From: a virus
Lineage: Duplodnaviria; Caudoviricetes
DNA: 33,898 nucleotides
Strand: one strand, 5' to 3'
Virus record (IMG/VR): IMGVR_UViG_3300025470_000054
Coordinates: 1 to 33,898 of that record
Shown here in pieces: positions 33,430 to 33,898 of this stretch (positions are counted from its first letter, which is position 1; the number at the start of each line of letters is the position of its first letter). Below the pieces are notes generated by a model. That model saw only the letters and a list, made by a program, of their open reading frames with translations, was not told the origin of the DNA and made no database searches. Both the position numbers and the translations under genes were made by a program.

Positions 33430-33543
33430 ATGGAATGCCAACAATGTAAAAAAGAACTAACGGACTTACTAGCATTATTTACTAAATATCAAATATGTAG
33501 TAAATGCGTTAAGAATAATCATAAAAAAGTAGTAAATAAATAG
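33430..33543 (+). CDS. 37-aa Zn-finger microprotein (not in ORF track)
   Basis: AAGGAG RBS; MECQQCKKELTDLLALFTKYQICSKCVKNNHKKVVNK. Confidence 0.75.
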   Translation: MECQQCKKELTDLLALFTKYQICSKCVKNNHKKVVNK

Positions 33544-33610
33544 GGATCTAGCTTGCGAGCAACGCCACTAAAACCACTGGTGCTAGTACTCCAGAAAAAG
33601 GAAAAACAAA

Positions 33611-33703
33611 ATGAGCGAACACCCAGTAAGTAAGTGGGAATTAATAATAATAATAATCGGTGTACTGTATATCACTATACGAACACTACAAGGAGTATTT
33701 TAA
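33611..33703 (+). CDS. 30-aa membrane peptide (not in ORF track)
   Basis: AAAGGA RBS; MSEHPVSKWELIIIIIGVLYITIRTLQGVF. Confidence 0.65.
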   Translation: MSEHPVSKWELIIIIIGVLYITIRTLQGVF

Positions 33704-33704
33704 A

Positions 33705-33878
33705 ATGGATAAATTAAGAAATAAATTATGGGACTATTTATTAGATACCGGACTTGCAAGCGAGGAAACTTTAAAAGTGGTTACAGATATCAACGGATAC
33801 AGTTTAAGCACACTTGAGGATGTATTATACGCTACAACAGGTTACAGAAGTTTAGATCAGATTGGTGCCGAGGAATAA
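33705..33878 (+). CDS. early hypothetical protein, 57 aa
   Basis: AAGGAG RBS before MDKLRNK; another ATG follows at 33879 and runs off the window. Confidence 0.78.
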   Translation: MDKLRNKLWDYLLDTGLASEETLKVVTDINGYSLSTLEDVLYATTGYRSLDQIGAEE

Positions 33879-33898
33879 ATGACACGACCAGAGTTATA

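Noticed and set aside
1-33898. Alternative genetic code, tRNAs, integrase, introns or inteins
   Set aside because: Core genes are uninterrupted in code 11 and TAA, TAG and TGA all serve as stops; no cloverleaf, recombinase or splicing motifs were noticed by eye.

Overview
The window is an AT-rich tailed-phage genome segment with podovirus-type architecture: no tape measure, sheath, integrase, tRNA or CRISPR was recognised. From 1 to 2300 (+) is the end of an early/middle operon with a NinG/Rap-like nuclease, a glycosyltransferase and micro-ORFs. From 2291 to 31728 (-) is an apparently complete late region. In transcription order it runs: T-rich virion protein, RHH-like protein, second glycosyltransferase, TerL, portal, scaffold, N4-gp56-family capsid, two probable ejection proteins, adaptor, nozzle, fibres, four basic proteins, a BppU-like/pilin-like/14-aa-repeat fibre module, CHAP endolysin, holin, metallophosphoesterase and a mini NTP-pyrophosphatase-like protein. 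From 31729 to 32682 is a divergent non-coding control region, followed by small early genes (+). Three things stand out: (1) a repeated leader architecture inside the late operon (TGnTATAAT promoter, small hairpin, terminator or RBS-sequestering hairpin), suggesting attenuation or antitermination control; (2) a ~450-nt ORF-poor leader with nested long-range pairings after a near-consensus promoter, a candidate large structured ncRNA; (3) a fibre protein with about 27 copies of a 14-aa repeat encoded beside a small pilin-like gene. All product calls come from motifs recognised by eye; no searches or folding programs were run.
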